This document shows positions 40,757-51,051 of a stretch of 64,000 nucleotides of DNA, piece after piece. The stretch lies in the NCBI RefSeq assembly GCF_003334305.1, contig NZ_QOWS01000008.1; one strand, given 5' to 3'. The notes under the pieces were generated by a model, which did no database searches, had not been told where the DNA came from, and was given only the letters and a program-made list of their open reading frames with translations. Source of the stretch: Escherichia coli (GTDB taxonomy: Bacteria; Pseudomonadota; Gammaproteobacteria; Enterobacterales; Enterobacteriaceae). The position numbers and the translations under genes were made by a program. Each line of letters begins with the position of its first letter. The first letter of the stretch is position 1.

Positions 40757-40799
40757 TCCCCTCACCCTAACCCTCTCCCCAAAGGGGCGAGGGGACCGT
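40757..40799. repeat. 43-bp palindromic interspersed repeat, copy 2 (identical to 33740-33782)
   Basis: tcccctcaccctaaccctctccccaaaggggcgaggggaccgt, same orientation, just downstream of the trpS stop. Confidence 0.85.
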
Positions 40800-40814
40800 C
40801 CGAGCGTTTTGATA

Positions 40815-41819
40815 TTACGGCTTCGCCACAAAACCAATCGCTTCGTACACCGCTTTCAGCGTACGGGAAGCGTGTACACTGGCTTTTTCTGCGCCGTCTT
40901 TCATCACCTGTTGCAGGAAGGCTTCATCGTTGCGGAAACGATGATAGCGTTCCTGCAATTCAGTCAGCATACCGGAAACGGCATCAGCCACTTCACCTTT
41001 CAGATGACCATACATCTTGCCTTCGAACTGTTTTTCCAGTTCTGGGATGCTCTGGCCCGTTACCGCAGAAAGGATATCCAGCAGGTTGGAAACGCCCGCT
41101 TTGTTCTGCACATCGTAGCGAACTACCGGCGGCTCGTCGGAGTCAGTGACCGCGCGTTTGATTTTCTTCACTACCGATTTCGGATCTTCCAGCAGGCCGA
41201 TAACGTTATTGCGGTTATCGTCAGACTTGGACATCTTCTTGGTCGGCTCCAGCAGCGACATTACGCGCGCGCCAGATTTCGGAATAAACGGCTCCGGCAC
41301 CTTAAAGATCTCGCCATACAGCGCGTTGAAACGCTGGGCGATATCGCGACTCAGTTCCAGGTGCTGTTTCTGGTCTTCACCCACCGGTACCAGATTAGTT
41401 TGATACAGCAGGATGTCCGCAGCCATCAGCACCGGATAGTCAAACAGACCAGCGTTGATGTTCTCGGCATAACGCGCAGATTTATCTTTAAACTGGGTCA
41501 TGCGGCTCAGTTCGCCGAAGTAGGTATAGCAGTTCAGTGCCCAGCCTAACTGCGCATGTTCTGGTACGTGGGACTGAACAAAAATGGTGCTTTTCTCAGG
41601 ATCGATACCACAAGCCAGATACAAGGCCAGCGTATCCAGCGTCGCTTTACGCAGCTTCTGTGCATCCTGGCGCACGGTGATCGCGTGTTGGTCAACGATA
41701 CAGTAAATGCAATGGTAGTCATCCTGCATGTTTACCCACTGACGCAGCGCACCCATGTAGTTACCAATGGTCAATTCACCTGAGGGCTGTGCGCCACTAA
41801 AAACGATGGGCTTAGTCAT
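40815..41819 (-). CDS. trpS: Tryptophan--tRNA ligase
   Basis: 334-aa [52 protein letters not shown]...KMSKS; class-I aaRS motifs. Confidence 0.97.
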   Translation of the reverse strand: MTKPIVFSGAQPSGELTIGNYMGALRQWVNMQDDYHCIYCIVDQHAITVRQDAQKLRKATLDTLALYLACGIDPEKSTIFVQSHVPEHAQLGWALNCYTYFGELSRMTQFKDKSARYAENINAGLFDYPVLMAADILLYQTNLVPVGEDQKQHLELSRDIAQRFNALYGEIFKVPEPFIPKSGARVMSLLEPTKKMSKSDDNRNNVIGLLEDPKSVVKKIKRAVTDSDEPPVVRYDVQNKAGVSNLLDILSAVTGQSIPELEKQFEGKMYGHLKGEVADAVSGMLTELQERYHRFRNDEAFLQQVMKDGAEKASVHASRTLKAVYEAIGFVAKP

Positions 41820-42570
41820 TTTTCGATTCCTGATTTTCGCTATGCGGAAGCCCTAATGCGGGCAGAAGGTCATTTATAGACTGATAAATTACATCAGGCT
41901 GGCTGAGATCGATAGCCTCGCCGTAGTTATATCCGTAGGTTAAGCCAACTGATGGGCAACCTGCCGCTTTTGCCGCCTGAATATCATTGCGTGAGTCGCC
42001 GACAAACAGCATCTCTTGTGGGGCAATTCCCATCCGCTCAGCCACCAGTAACAGCGGGTCCGGATGCGGTTTTTTGTTTTGCACATCATCGCCGCCGATA
42101 ACCACGCTAAAGTATTTGGCAATATCTAAGGCTTCGAGCAGCGGCGCGACGAACGGCGTCGGTTTGTTGGTGACCAGGCCTAGCGGCAGGCCTTTAGCCT
42201 GCAACGCGCCCAACGTATCGGCAACGTGCGGGAACAAAAACGTCCCCTCTTCGGCAACCTCGCTATAGTAGCGATCGAACAGTTTACGCAGAATACGTAC
42301 CTGTTCTTCTGCCGGAATGTCGTCATCAACGGGCGGTTTACCCATTGTTTTACGCAGAGTCGCACGTTCCTGACGCGCCCAGGCCAATGCACGCTCCATC
42401 AGAACATCTGCGCCGTTACCAATCCAGGTAATAACGCGTTCTTCACCTGCGACGGGTAACTCCAACGCATACAGCGCCATATCTACCGCAGCAGCAAGAC
42501 CGGGAGCACTGTCCACCAGCGTACCGTCGAGATCAAAAGCGACGCCGCGAATATCTTCAAACTTACTCAT
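41812..42570 (-). CDS. gph: Phosphoglycolate phosphatase (HAD family)
   Basis: 252-aa [42 protein letters not shown]... Confidence 0.95.
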   Translation of the reverse strand: MSKFEDIRGVAFDLDGTLVDSAPGLAAAVDMALYALELPVAGEERVITWIGNGADVLMERALAWARQERATLRKTMGKPPVDDDIPAEEQVRILRKLFDRYYSEVAEEGTFLFPHVADTLGALQAKGLPLGLVTNKPTPFVAPLLEALDIAKYFSVVIGGDDVQNKKPHPDPLLLVAERMGIAPQEMLFVGDSRNDIQAAKAAGCPSVGLTYGYNYGEAIDLSQPDVIYQSINDLLPALGLPHSENQESKND

Positions 42571-43240
42571 GACTTACCTTTGCCAGTTCACTGCGCATTT
42601 CATCAATGACTTTTTTATAGTCTGGCTGGTCGAAGATTGCCGAACCGGCGACGAACATATCCGCGCCCGCCGCAGCGATTTCGCCAATGTTGTTCACCTT
42701 CACGCCACCGTCCACTTCCAGACGAATGTCAAAGCCAGACTCGTCGATACGGCGACGTACTTCGCGCAGTTTATCCAGTGTTTGAGGAATGAAAGACTGA
42801 CCGCCGAAACCAGGATTGACGGACATCAGCAGGATCACATCCAGCTTATCCATCACGTAATCCAGATAGCTCAGAGGTGTCGCCGGGTTAAATACCAGAC
42901 CCGCTTTACAGCCATTTTCTTTAATCAGTTGCAGCGTGCGGTCAACATGCTCGGAGGCTTCTGGATGAAAGGTAATGATGCTGGCACCAGCGGCAGCGAA
43001 ATCAGGCACAATGCGATCGACGGGTTTCACCATCAGATGTACGTCGATAGGGGCGGTAATGCCATAGTTACGCAAGGATTTCAGCACCATTGGCCCAATC
43101 GTCAGATTGGGAACATAGTGGTTATCCATGACGTCAAAATGCACGACATCAGCGCCAGCTGCCAGGGCTTTTGCGGTATCTTCACCCAGGCGGGCAAAAT
43201 CAGCCGACAGAATTGAGGGGGCAATCAAATACTGTTTCAT
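42563..43240 (-). CDS. rpe: Ribulose-phosphate 3-epimerase
   Basis: 225-aa [53 protein letters not shown]... Confidence 0.96.
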   Translation of the reverse strand: MKQYLIAPSILSADFARLGEDTAKALAAGADVVHFDVMDNHYVPNLTIGPMVLKSLRNYGITAPIDVHLMVKPVDRIVPDFAAAGASIITFHPEASEHVDRTLQLIKENGCKAGLVFNPATPLSYLDYVMDKLDVILLMSVNPGFGGQSFIPQTLDKLREVRRRIDESGFDIRLEVDGGVKVNNIGEIAAAGADMFVAGSAIFDQPDYKKVIDEMRSELAKVSHE

Positions 43241-43257
43241 CCGCTTCTCCTTGAGAA

Positions 43258-44094
43258 TTATTTTTTCGCGGGTGAAACGACTCCTGGTTTGTACAAAGCC
43301 AGCAGTTCGTCCACCTTTTTACGTGTGCCGCCGTTGCTGCTTATACTGCGTCGAACTTTGACGACATGCAATTTTGCGCGCTGATACCACTCACGCGTTA
43401 ACATCGTATCGTGATTGGAGATCAGCACTGGAATATGGCGCTCAACCAGACCTTCGGCGATCTCCGCCAGATGCGCTTGTTGTTCAAGCGTAAAACTGTT
43501 TGTGTGATACGCCGTAAAGTTGGCGGTCGCAGACAGCGGTGCATAAGGCGGATCGCAATAGACGACGGATGCATCATCTGCGCGCGCCATGCTATCGGCG
43601 TAAGACTCACAATAGAAAAAGGCATTCTGCGCTTTTTCAGCGAAGTGATACAACTCTGCTTCCGGGAAATAGGGTTTTTTGTAGCGGCCAAACGGCACAT
43701 TAAACTCACCGCGCAGATTGTAACGACACAGGCCGTTGTAACCGTAGCGGTTCAAATATAAAAACAGTACCGCCCGACGGAACGGATCCTGGCTTTTGTT
43801 GAACTCTTCGCGGAACTGATAGTAAACCTCGGCGCAATTTGTTTCGGGAACAAACAGCTCGCGTGCGGCCTGTACGTACTCATCAGTACGCATCTTCACA
43901 ATGTTATAGAGACTGATCAGGTCGCTATTGATATCGGCAAGGATATAACGAGAAAAGTCGGTGTTGAGAAACACCGACCCGGCACCTACAAAAGGCTCAA
44001 CCAGACATTCGCCCTTGGGCAAATGCCGTTTAATATCATCAAGCAGGGGATACTTGCCCCCTGCCCACTTCAAAAAAGCGCGATTTTTCTTCAT
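43258..44094 (-). CDS. dam: DNA adenine methyltransferase (GATC)
   Basis: 278-aa [50 protein letters not shown]...DPPY. Confidence 0.97.
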
Positions 44095-44200
44095 GCTGAC
44101 TAACTAATTACACCTTCTCCGGCTGTGGAGAAAGCTCCGACAGCATCCAGCGCTTCAGGCAACTCCCGCAACGATAAACCATTGCGGGAGATAACCTTGA

Positions 44201-45487
44201 TTACTTCAGATCGGCCTGTACCTGACGCAGCGGTTTCGCCCACGGGTTTTTGGCCTGGACATCTGCTGGCAATGTAGATACCGCTTTTTTCGCCTCTTCT
44301 TTCGAAGCGTACACGCCAGAAACCAGGACATACCACGGCTGACCATTACGCGTCGTTTCATAGACAACGTAGTTTTTCAGATTCTCTTTCTTCGCCCAAC
44401 CGTTCAGGTTGTCGTAGTTAGAGGAACTGCTCAGCTGCAGAGTGTAATGGCTGGACGGTGCCGATTTCAACGAACCAACATTACCTGCGGTCTTCCCTCC
44501 AGCGGCTGGTGTTGCCGTGGTTTGCGCCGGGGATGCCGTCTGTACTGGAGCCGTAGTCGCCGTCTCTTTTGGTGCTGGCGTAGAAGTCGCAGCCGGTGCC
44601 TTCGTGCTCGCCACAGGGGCAGCTGGTTCAGTACGCTTCGGCGTCTGTGCTACCGGCTTCGGCTCCGTTTTCACGGTTGCTTGCGGTTTTTTCGGTTCAA
44701 TCACTGCCTGCTGGCGAGCTGGACGCGTAGTGGCCGGACGTTCAGCGGTTTGCGTTTTCGCCGTGTCACGCGATGCATTGCCATTGCGAACAGGCGCGAC
44801 AGTCGCGGGTTCGGTCGGCAATGTGGAATTGACCGCCACATTGTTCAACTGTTGCTGATTTTGTGGCTGGGTCAGCGCATTGTTCAGGTCACCCTGCACT
44901 TCAACACGTTGTTGACCATCCGTTGCCGCCGGGGTTTGCCCTTGAGTCGGCGTAGAAGAGATCGGTGGCAGAGAAACATCCTGCTGAGTATTTTCCGCAG
45001 ACGTGGTTCCCGGCGCTGGCTGCACGCCATTCGCCTGATCGGTCGCATTGCCTGCAAGATCAATACTCTTCTCGCCAGACGCGGTTTGATCGCTGGAAGA
45101 GGTCGAGGGGGCTTTTAGCGCAGAACCGATACCGATGATCAACAGCAGTAGAACCAGAATGCCGACACCCATCATCATATACTGACGAGAAGCGGGTTTA
45201 CTGGCTGCTTTTTTGCGCTTACGCGGACGACGCTCTACGCGCTCTTCATCCACGGTTTCATCTTCGGATTCGTCAATTTCTGCTTCGATTTCCGGTTCCT
45301 CATTACGCTCTTTTTGCGCACGAGTCGGACGGCGATCGTCAGTGTCATCAAGTTCAATATCATCAAAATTGATCTGCGGTTCGCCACGTTCAGTACGCTC
45401 AGAACGTTCAGAAGATTGACGAGAACGACCAGTACGACGATCGCTGGGATCGGGTTTCAGCTCGTCTTCTGGTTTGAATTCATCCAT
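44201..45487 (-). CDS. damX: Cell division protein DamX (SPOR domain, low-complexity Pro/Thr/Ala/Gln-rich linker)
   Basis: 428-aa [51 protein letters not shown]...; C-terminal SPOR domain. Confidence 0.93.
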   Translation of the reverse strand: MDEFKPEDELKPDPSDRRTGRSRQSSERSERTERGEPQINFDDIELDDTDDRRPTRAQKERNEEPEIEAEIDESEDETVDEERVERRPRKRKKAASKPASRQYMMMGVGILVLLLLIIGIGSALKAPSTSSSDQTASGEKSIDLAGNATDQANGVQPAPGTTSAENTQQDVSLPPISSTPTQGQTPAATDGQQRVEVQGDLNNALTQPQNQQQLNNVAVNSTLPTEPATVAPVRNGNASRDTAKTQTAERPATTRPARQQAVIEPKKPQATVKTEPKPVAQTPKRTEPAAPVASTKAPAATSTPAPKETATTAPVQTASPAQTTATPAAGGKTAGNVGSLKSAPSSHYTLQLSSSSNYDNLNGWAKKENLKNYVVYETTRNGQPWYVLVSGVYASKEEAKKAVSTLPADVQAKNPWAKPLRQVQADLK

Positions 45488-45578
45488 TTAACACCCCACT
45501 AAAAGGTTAATGCTTACCACGTTGCAATTAACCTGAAGCTAATAGACCGCTTGATAAGCGGCCTGACCTTTCTTGTTG

Positions 45579-46667
45579 TTACGCTGATTGACAATCGGCA
45601 ATGGCGTTAAGAACAAGCTCGTGCGAAACGCCGCTGCGAACTTCACTCTTACCAATTGCCAACGGAAGAATTAAGCGTATCTCTCCCGCAAGGACTTTCT
45701 TGTCACGCAGCATATGCGGTAAATACGCCTGCGCGGACATTTCGCGCGGCCCATTGACCGGTAACCCAGCCCGCTTGAGCAGGGTTATAATACGCTGCGT
45801 TTCGGCAGAACTAAACTGCCCGAGACGTTCCGACGTCCGCGCCGCCATCACCATACCCGCAGCGACCGCTTCACCATGTAACCAATTGCCATACCCCATT
45901 TCAGCTTCAATGGCATGACCAAAGGTGTGTCCCAGATTCAGTAAAGCACGTAACCCGGTTTCGCGCTCGTCGGCGGCGACAACTTCTGCCTTCAGTTCAC
46001 AACAACGGCGAATACAGTACGCCATTGCCGGACCGTCCAGACGCAACAACGCATCCAGATTCTCTTCCAGCCAGTTAAAAAACGCACCGTCAAGAATAAT
46101 GCCGTATTTGATGACTTCTGCCAGCCCCGACGCTAACTCACGCGGGGGAAGCGTTTTCAGACAGTCGAGATCCACCACCACTGAAGCAGGCTGGTAGAAT
46201 GCGCCAATCATGTTTTTACCGAGGGGATGGTTGACCGCAGTTTTGCCGCCAACGGAGGAATCGACCTGCGACAGTAACGTCGTCGGGACTTGAATGAAAC
46301 GAACACCGCGCTGATAACTCGCCGCCGCGAAGCCGGTCAGATCGCCCACTACGCCGCCGCCAAGCGCCACCAGCGTAGTATCGCGACCATGCGGCTTTTG
46401 TAACAACGCCGTAAAGACGGTATCGAGTACAGCCAGGCTTTTATACTGCTCGCCATCAGGGAGGATAACGCTATCGACGTTAACACCCGCCTGTTCAAGT
46501 ACGCCGCGGACCTTATCGAGATACAGAGGAGCCAGGGTTTCGTTGGTGACCAACATGACCTGCTCGCCCGATTTCAGCGGTAAGAATGAAGCTGGTTCAT
46601 TAAACAAACCAGATGCGATGGTAATTGGGTAACTACGTTCCCCGAGAGTAACGACAATCCTCTCCAT
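45579..46667 (-). CDS. aroB: 3-dehydroquinate synthase
   Basis: 362-aa [80 protein letters not shown]... Confidence 0.96.
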   Translation of the reverse strand: MERIVVTLGERSYPITIASGLFNEPASFLPLKSGEQVMLVTNETLAPLYLDKVRGVLEQAGVNVDSVILPDGEQYKSLAVLDTVFTALLQKPHGRDTTLVALGGGVVGDLTGFAAASYQRGVRFIQVPTTLLSQVDSSVGGKTAVNHPLGKNMIGAFYQPASVVVDLDCLKTLPPRELASGLAEVIKYGIILDGAFFNWLEENLDALLRLDGPAMAYCIRRCCELKAEVVAADERETGLRALLNLGHTFGHAIEAEMGYGNWLHGEAVAAGMVMAARTSERLGQFSSAETQRIITLLKRAGLPVNGPREMSAQAYLPHMLRDKKVLAGEIRLILPLAIGKSEVRSGVSHELVLNAIADCQSA

Positions 46668-46723
46668 AACGCGACATCCACCTTAATTACTGTACCCGCA
46701 GACGAGTGTATATAAAGCCAGAA

Positions 46724-47245
46724 TTAGTTGCTTTCCAGCATGTGAATAATCTGGTTTGCAACCACTTTAGCGCTTTGATCATCAGTACGAATGGTCACGT
46801 CGGCAATCTCTTCATACAGCGGATTGCGTTCATTGGCCAACGCTTCCAGAACTTCACGCGGCGGTGTTTCAACGTGCAGCAACGGGCGTTTTTTATCACG
46901 CTGCGTGCGTGCAAGTTGCTTTTCGATGGTCGTTTCAAGATAAACGACAACGCCACGAGCGGAAAGACGGTTACGCGTTTCACGGGATTTCACAGAGCCG
47001 CCGCCAGTAGCCAGCACAATACCCTGTTTCTCGGTCAACTCATTGATGACCTTTTCTTCGCGATCGCGGAAGCCTTCTTCGCCTTCTAAATCGAAAACCC
47101 AGCCCACATCAGCTCCGGTTCGTTTCTCAATCTCTTGATCGGAATCGTAAAATTCCATATTGAGTTGTTGAGCTAACTGGCGCCCAATAGTGCTTTTTCC
47201 GGCACCCATAGGCCCAACCAGAAAGATATTGCGTTTCTCTGCCAT
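46724..47245 (-). CDS. aroK: Shikimate kinase I
   Basis: Conserved start [45 protein letters not shown] (173 aa, ATG at 47243-47245); the ORF track extends 67 codons upstream without support. Confidence 0.93.
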   Translation of the reverse strand: MAEKRNIFLVGPMGAGKSTIGRQLAQQLNMEFYDSDQEIEKRTGADVGWVFDLEGEEGFRDREEKVINELTEKQGIVLATGGGSVKSRETRNRLSARGVVVYLETTIEKQLARTQRDKKRPLLHVETPPREVLEALANERNPLYEEIADVTIRTDDQSAKVVANQIIHMLESN

Positions 47246-47645
47246 TTTTTCGGTACTACTAAGACTATTCGTTAATGATAAACCCGCTTCGCTCAGAGAG
47301 CGCCGCAGGACATGAACTGAAACCTCATAAGATATTGCGAGAGTCAGACTGAAAATTATCTCAATACTCCAGCGGGTTTGGCAACTGAATAAATCACCCA
47401 TCCCTCTGCATATCTGGTCGCTGCAAGCGCGCTGCCTTGCTACCACCGCTCTGGCGATAAATCACCGGGTAAGATTAGCGTAAAAAAGACAGCAAAATGC
47501 CGCCTGAATGATAAATCATCATCATGGAACGCAGGCAGCGAAGAGCACCAACTCTCAAATCGGTACTCCTTGTATGCTAAATACCTGCGCGCGTCAAATA
47601 GATGAAACACGTTCAGCGTAAAAACATTACCGCTTTTACGGCTGT

Positions 47646-48884
47646 TTACTCACTGGAAACCAGTCGTGGCGTGATAAACACCACTAACTCGCGTCGTTCA
47701 TCTTCTTTTCCGTCATGACGAAATAATTGCCCGAACCAGGGAATGTCGCCAAGCAACGGCACGCTATCCTGACCCGATTTATTTTTACGGGTAAAAATGC
47801 CGCCCAGCGCCAACGTTTCTCCGCTTTTGACCTCGACCTGCGTTTCGATCTCCTGCTTATCAATCGCCAGCACTTCGCCATCGGCCTGCTGTAGCACCTG
47901 CCCCGGAACGTTCTGGCTGATGTGTAATTTCAGCCGGATGCGACCTTTTTGTAACACCGTGGGCGTGACCTCCATCCCCAGGACGGCCTCTTTAAATTCC
48001 ACCGACGTCGCGCCACTTTCCCCGCTGGAAACCTGATATGGAATTTCGCTCCCCTGTTTAATACTGGCAGGCTGAAGATGTGAGGCCAGCAGACGCGGAC
48101 TGGCGATAATATCCAGTTGCTGTTTTTGTTCGAGCGCGGAAAGCTCAAGATCCAGCAAACGTCCGTTGATGCGCCCAATGTTAAAACCGACATGCGTTGT
48201 CGCCGTCGCTACGGAGAGGTCGCTACCAAGCGTGGTGACTTGCCCAACACCACCAGCGTGTTGCGCATCGGCCAGCGTCCATTTCACGCCTAACTCACGC
48301 AAACTTTTTTCATTAATGGTGACAATATGCGCCGACAGCTCAACCTGCCCGACCGGAAGATCCATTTGCGCTACCCACTGTTCAAGCGCGCTTAACGCCG
48401 TTTTGTTATCTCGTAGCAAAAGGCGATTGGTGCGTTTATCGACGGTCATACTCCCTTTGGCACTCAGTAGCTTCTCCCCCGCTTTCGCCAGTTCTCCCGC
48501 GTCGGCGTATTGCAGGGTTATACTGCGATTTTCCAGCGGCAGATTTGCCTGCGCCCGCGCCTGCTCCGCCTCCTGGCGGGCGATATTGTCATTCTGCCAG
48601 GCAATAGAATGCACTGAGAGAATGTTGCCCTCCTGGCGCGTTATCAGCCCGGCGCTTTTCACTACAGTTTGTAGTGCCTGCTTCCAGGGAACATCTGTTA
48701 GATGTAACGACACCGTACCGCTGACGTCTGGCGACACGACCAGGTTCAACTTCTCCTGTTCAGCCAGCGCCTGCAACACCTGAGCCACCGGAACGTCATC
48801 CACCATCAGCGTCACTTTTTGCGGCTTTGCCGCCTGTACGCCGGGTATCAGCATCAACAGTAGTGCGGCTATCCATTGCTTCAT
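47646..48884 (-). CDS. hofQ: Secretin-family outer membrane channel HofQ (DNA uptake / type IV pilus-like system)
   Basis: 412-aa ORF with signal peptide MKQWIAALLLMLIPGVQA and C-terminal secretin domain (...GGIFTRKNKSGQDSVPLLGDIPWFGQLF...). Confidence 0.93.
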   Translation of the reverse strand: MKQWIAALLLMLIPGVQAAKPQKVTLMVDDVPVAQVLQALAEQEKLNLVVSPDVSGTVSLHLTDVPWKQALQTVVKSAGLITRQEGNILSVHSIAWQNDNIARQEAEQARAQANLPLENRSITLQYADAGELAKAGEKLLSAKGSMTVDKRTNRLLLRDNKTALSALEQWVAQMDLPVGQVELSAHIVTINEKSLRELGVKWTLADAQHAGGVGQVTTLGSDLSVATATTHVGFNIGRINGRLLDLELSALEQKQQLDIIASPRLLASHLQPASIKQGSEIPYQVSSGESGATSVEFKEAVLGMEVTPTVLQKGRIRLKLHISQNVPGQVLQQADGEVLAIDKQEIETQVEVKSGETLALGGIFTRKNKSGQDSVPLLGDIPWFGQLFRHDGKEDERRELVVFITPRLVSSE

Positions 48885-49200
48885 TTGTATCTCCTTGCCG
48901 TTGCCACAACCATTGTGGCGGTTCGCAGTTTGTCCCGGTACCCAGCGTTAGTACGTCTGGCGTCAGCTGTAAAATTGTCCAGCCGTTTTCCAGCACATCG
49001 TTTTGCTGCACCCGTCGCCATTTCTTTTGCCCGTCTTTTATTACACCGATGATGCGCTCGCCTCGCCCTACCATCCCCTGATAGCGCCACTGGCTAAGTT
49101 CGCTAATCCGGCATAGATCTTCCGGCGGTTTAAAAGGGTCACGCATACCGGTTAAAAGGCACAATGCAATACCTGCCAACAACCAGCGTTTAACCCTCAT
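48796..49200 (-). CDS. hofP: Pilus assembly-like protein HofP
   Basis: Conserved 134-aa form MRVKRWLLAGIALCLLTGMRDPFKPPEDL... from the ATG at 49198-49200; its 3' end overlaps the hofQ start by 89 bp. Confidence 0.8.
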   Translation of the reverse strand: MRVKRWLLAGIALCLLTGMRDPFKPPEDLCRISELSQWRYQGMVGRGERIIGVIKDGQKKWRRVQQNDVLENGWTILQLTPDVLTLGTGTNCEPPQWLWQRQGDTNEAMDSRTTVDADTRRTGGKAAKSDADGG

Positions 49201-49630
49201 GCGGCGTCTCCAGTTGTAGCGTGAACAAAAGATCATCACCTTCCACGCTTAACGAAAAACGGCTCACGCTGACGTTGCGCTCTGCCAGCCGTGTAAATGC
49301 CGACGGCACTGCTTCCCACAGCGTTTTCAACGCCAACTCGCCTCCCTGCGCGGATGGATGCCAGGAAACCAGTTGCGCGCCGGATAACTGAAAATCCAGT
49401 GGCGAAAAGGGCAGCGTTTTTTCCTCGCTGAAGGGAGTGGTGTCTACCAGGCGATACAGTGCGGCCCACTGCTGGTGATGACTTGCCCGTAGTCGAATTA
49501 ATGCGTCGCGCTCTTCATGGTGTGTCGATGATAGAAAAATGAGCGTAACTAACATCAGCAACCAGAATGCCCAGCAAAGCTGGCGGAGGCGGGGTGATGT
49601 GGCGAACCACCAGTCAAAGAACATGTTCAT
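49190..49630 (-). CDS. hofO: Pilus assembly-like protein HofO
   Basis: 146-aa ORF MNMFFDWWFATSPRLRQLCWAFWLLMLVTLIFL... Confidence 0.85.
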   Translation of the reverse strand: MNMFFDWWFATSPRLRQLCWAFWLLMLVTLIFLSSTHHEERDALIRLRASHHQQWAALYRLVDTTPFSEEKTLPFSPLDFQLSGAQLVSWHPSAQGGELALKTLWEAVPSAFTRLAERNVSVSRFSLSVEGDDLLFTLQLETPHEG

Positions 49631-50153
49631 CGCTAACCTTCCTTGTTAACTGATACTCAAATTGCCAGCGTCCCTGCGCATCCTGCTGCGTGGCTCCCCG
49701 CTGATTGAGATGAAAAGACGCATCCTGGCGGAGTGACGTTTCTAGTGCGTTTAACGCGGTAATGCTTGTTGTCAGCCCCTTGATCTCCAGCGTTCCCTGC
49801 TGCCAGCTTATCGTTGTCAGCCAGGCGTGCTCGGGTAAAAGCGCCGCCAGTGCTTCCAGCGCAGATTGCCAGTCGCGGGTAAATTGTCGCTGGCGCTGCC
49901 GTTGCGAACGCTGTTCGCGTAACTGCTGTTGCTCCAGCAAACGTGGCTTCGTTATCTGTAAGCTGCGGGCGAGTTGTTGTTCCGCCTGAAGCAAAACTGC
50001 GTCTATGCGCGCTTCGGCGCTGCCTGTCAGACGCAGTATTAGCGTTATCCCGACGGCCAGCAGCAGAGGCGCAACGAACATCAGCAACCAGAAACGCAGA
50101 AAAGCGGTCCGGCGTTGCTGTCGCCAGGGCAAAAAATTAATTGGCGGGTTCAT
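49614..50153 (-). CDS. hofN: Pilus assembly-like protein HofN (PilN-like)
   Basis: 179-aa ORF MNPPINFLPWRQQRRTAFLRFWLLMFVAPLLLAVGITLILRL... Confidence 0.85.
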   Translation of the reverse strand: MNPPINFLPWRQQRRTAFLRFWLLMFVAPLLLAVGITLILRLTGSAEARIDAVLLQAEQQLARSLQITKPRLLEQQQLREQRSQRQRQRQFTRDWQSALEALAALLPEHAWLTTISWQQGTLEIKGLTTSITALNALETSLRQDASFHLNQRGATQQDAQGRWQFEYQLTRKVSDEHVL

Positions 50154-50932
50154 CAGTACGCCTTCCCAAGCGCCAGCCCCAGCGCGATGGCAAAGTCTCC
50201 ACCTGGCGGCGGTAGCGGCGGCTGACGAACAGAAACGGCCTCCCAGGGATCAAATCCCCCTTCGCCACATATCGCGACGCTTTCGGGATCAACGGATAAC
50301 GCTGCCGCCAGCTCCTTCGCGCTAGTCATCCCCACCGCCAGTTTGCGCCCCCAGCGACAGCGTGTCGCCCACAGCCACTGTTCGTTATCACGCCAGGCCA
50401 GACATTGCTGATGAGAAGGTAAAAAAGGCAGGAATTGCTGTAATGCACTGGCATCCGGGGTGATCGCGCTCACATGAACACGCAACCTTTCTGCCAGAGT
50501 AAGTAGCGTTGCCAGCTCTTTGCTTTGCGCGGCAGTCACGTTATAGGCGGGGCTGAGTGAGTCTTCGCTGTAATCGAAGCGCAGGGAGTCCGGATCCATA
50601 TCCAGCTCGCGGGCCATCGTCCCTGACAGCCAGGCCGTTTGCTCCCGCTCACCAAGGGACATCGACGGGCGCGGAAATGACCGCTGTAATGTGCGACTGG
50701 CGGGAAACGCCAACATAATGTGATGACGCTGCGGCAGTTCGCGACTCCACGGTAACAACGTTTTAGCCAGCTGCTGCGCATCAACAATCCGCCCATCTTT
50801 GATAATGTCGTTCTCCAGCGGCAACCGCCACCAGCGTTGCAAAAAGCATTCTTTTGCTCCCCGCACGATCGCAACCGCTACCGCTTCTTGCTGTTGTAAA
50901 TGCAAACCAATTTGCCAGATCTTAAATGCCAT
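50153..50932 (-). CDS. hofM: Pilus assembly-like protein HofM (PilM-like)
   Basis: Conserved start MAFKIWQIGLHLQQQEAVAVAIVRGAKE... (259 aa, ATG at 50930-50932); the ORF track adds 9 upstream codons. Confidence 0.85.
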   Translation of the reverse strand: MAFKIWQIGLHLQQQEAVAVAIVRGAKECFLQRWWRLPLENDIIKDGRIVDAQQLAKTLLPWSRELPQRHHIMLAFPASRTLQRSFPRPSMSLGEREQTAWLSGTMARELDMDPDSLRFDYSEDSLSPAYNVTAAQSKELATLLTLAERLRVHVSAITPDASALQQFLPFLPSHQQCLAWRDNEQWLWATRCRWGRKLAVGMTSAKELAAALSVDPESVAICGEGGFDPWEAVSVRQPPLPPPGGDFAIALGLALGKAY

Positions 50933-51051
50933 TGTGATGATCTCCTTATCACCCGTCACTCTGACGGGTATATCAATGCGTCTGGCTTGCCTTTATACTA
51001 CCGCGCGTTTGTTTATAAACTGCCCAAATGAAACTAAATGGGAAATTTCCA

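Noticed and set aside
40614-41549. 311-aa plus-strand ORF spanning the yhfZ-trpS spacer and most of trpS
   Set aside because: Begins in the repeat-containing intergenic region and runs antisense through trpS; no conserved motifs. trpS on the minus strand is unambiguous.
44447-45118. Arg/Cys/Gly-rich 223-aa plus-strand ORF and apparent repetitiveness in the damX region
   Set aside because: The repetitiveness comes from the Pro/Thr/Ala/Gln-rich low-complexity linker of DamX encoded on the minus strand. It is not a tandem DNA repeat array or a separate gene.
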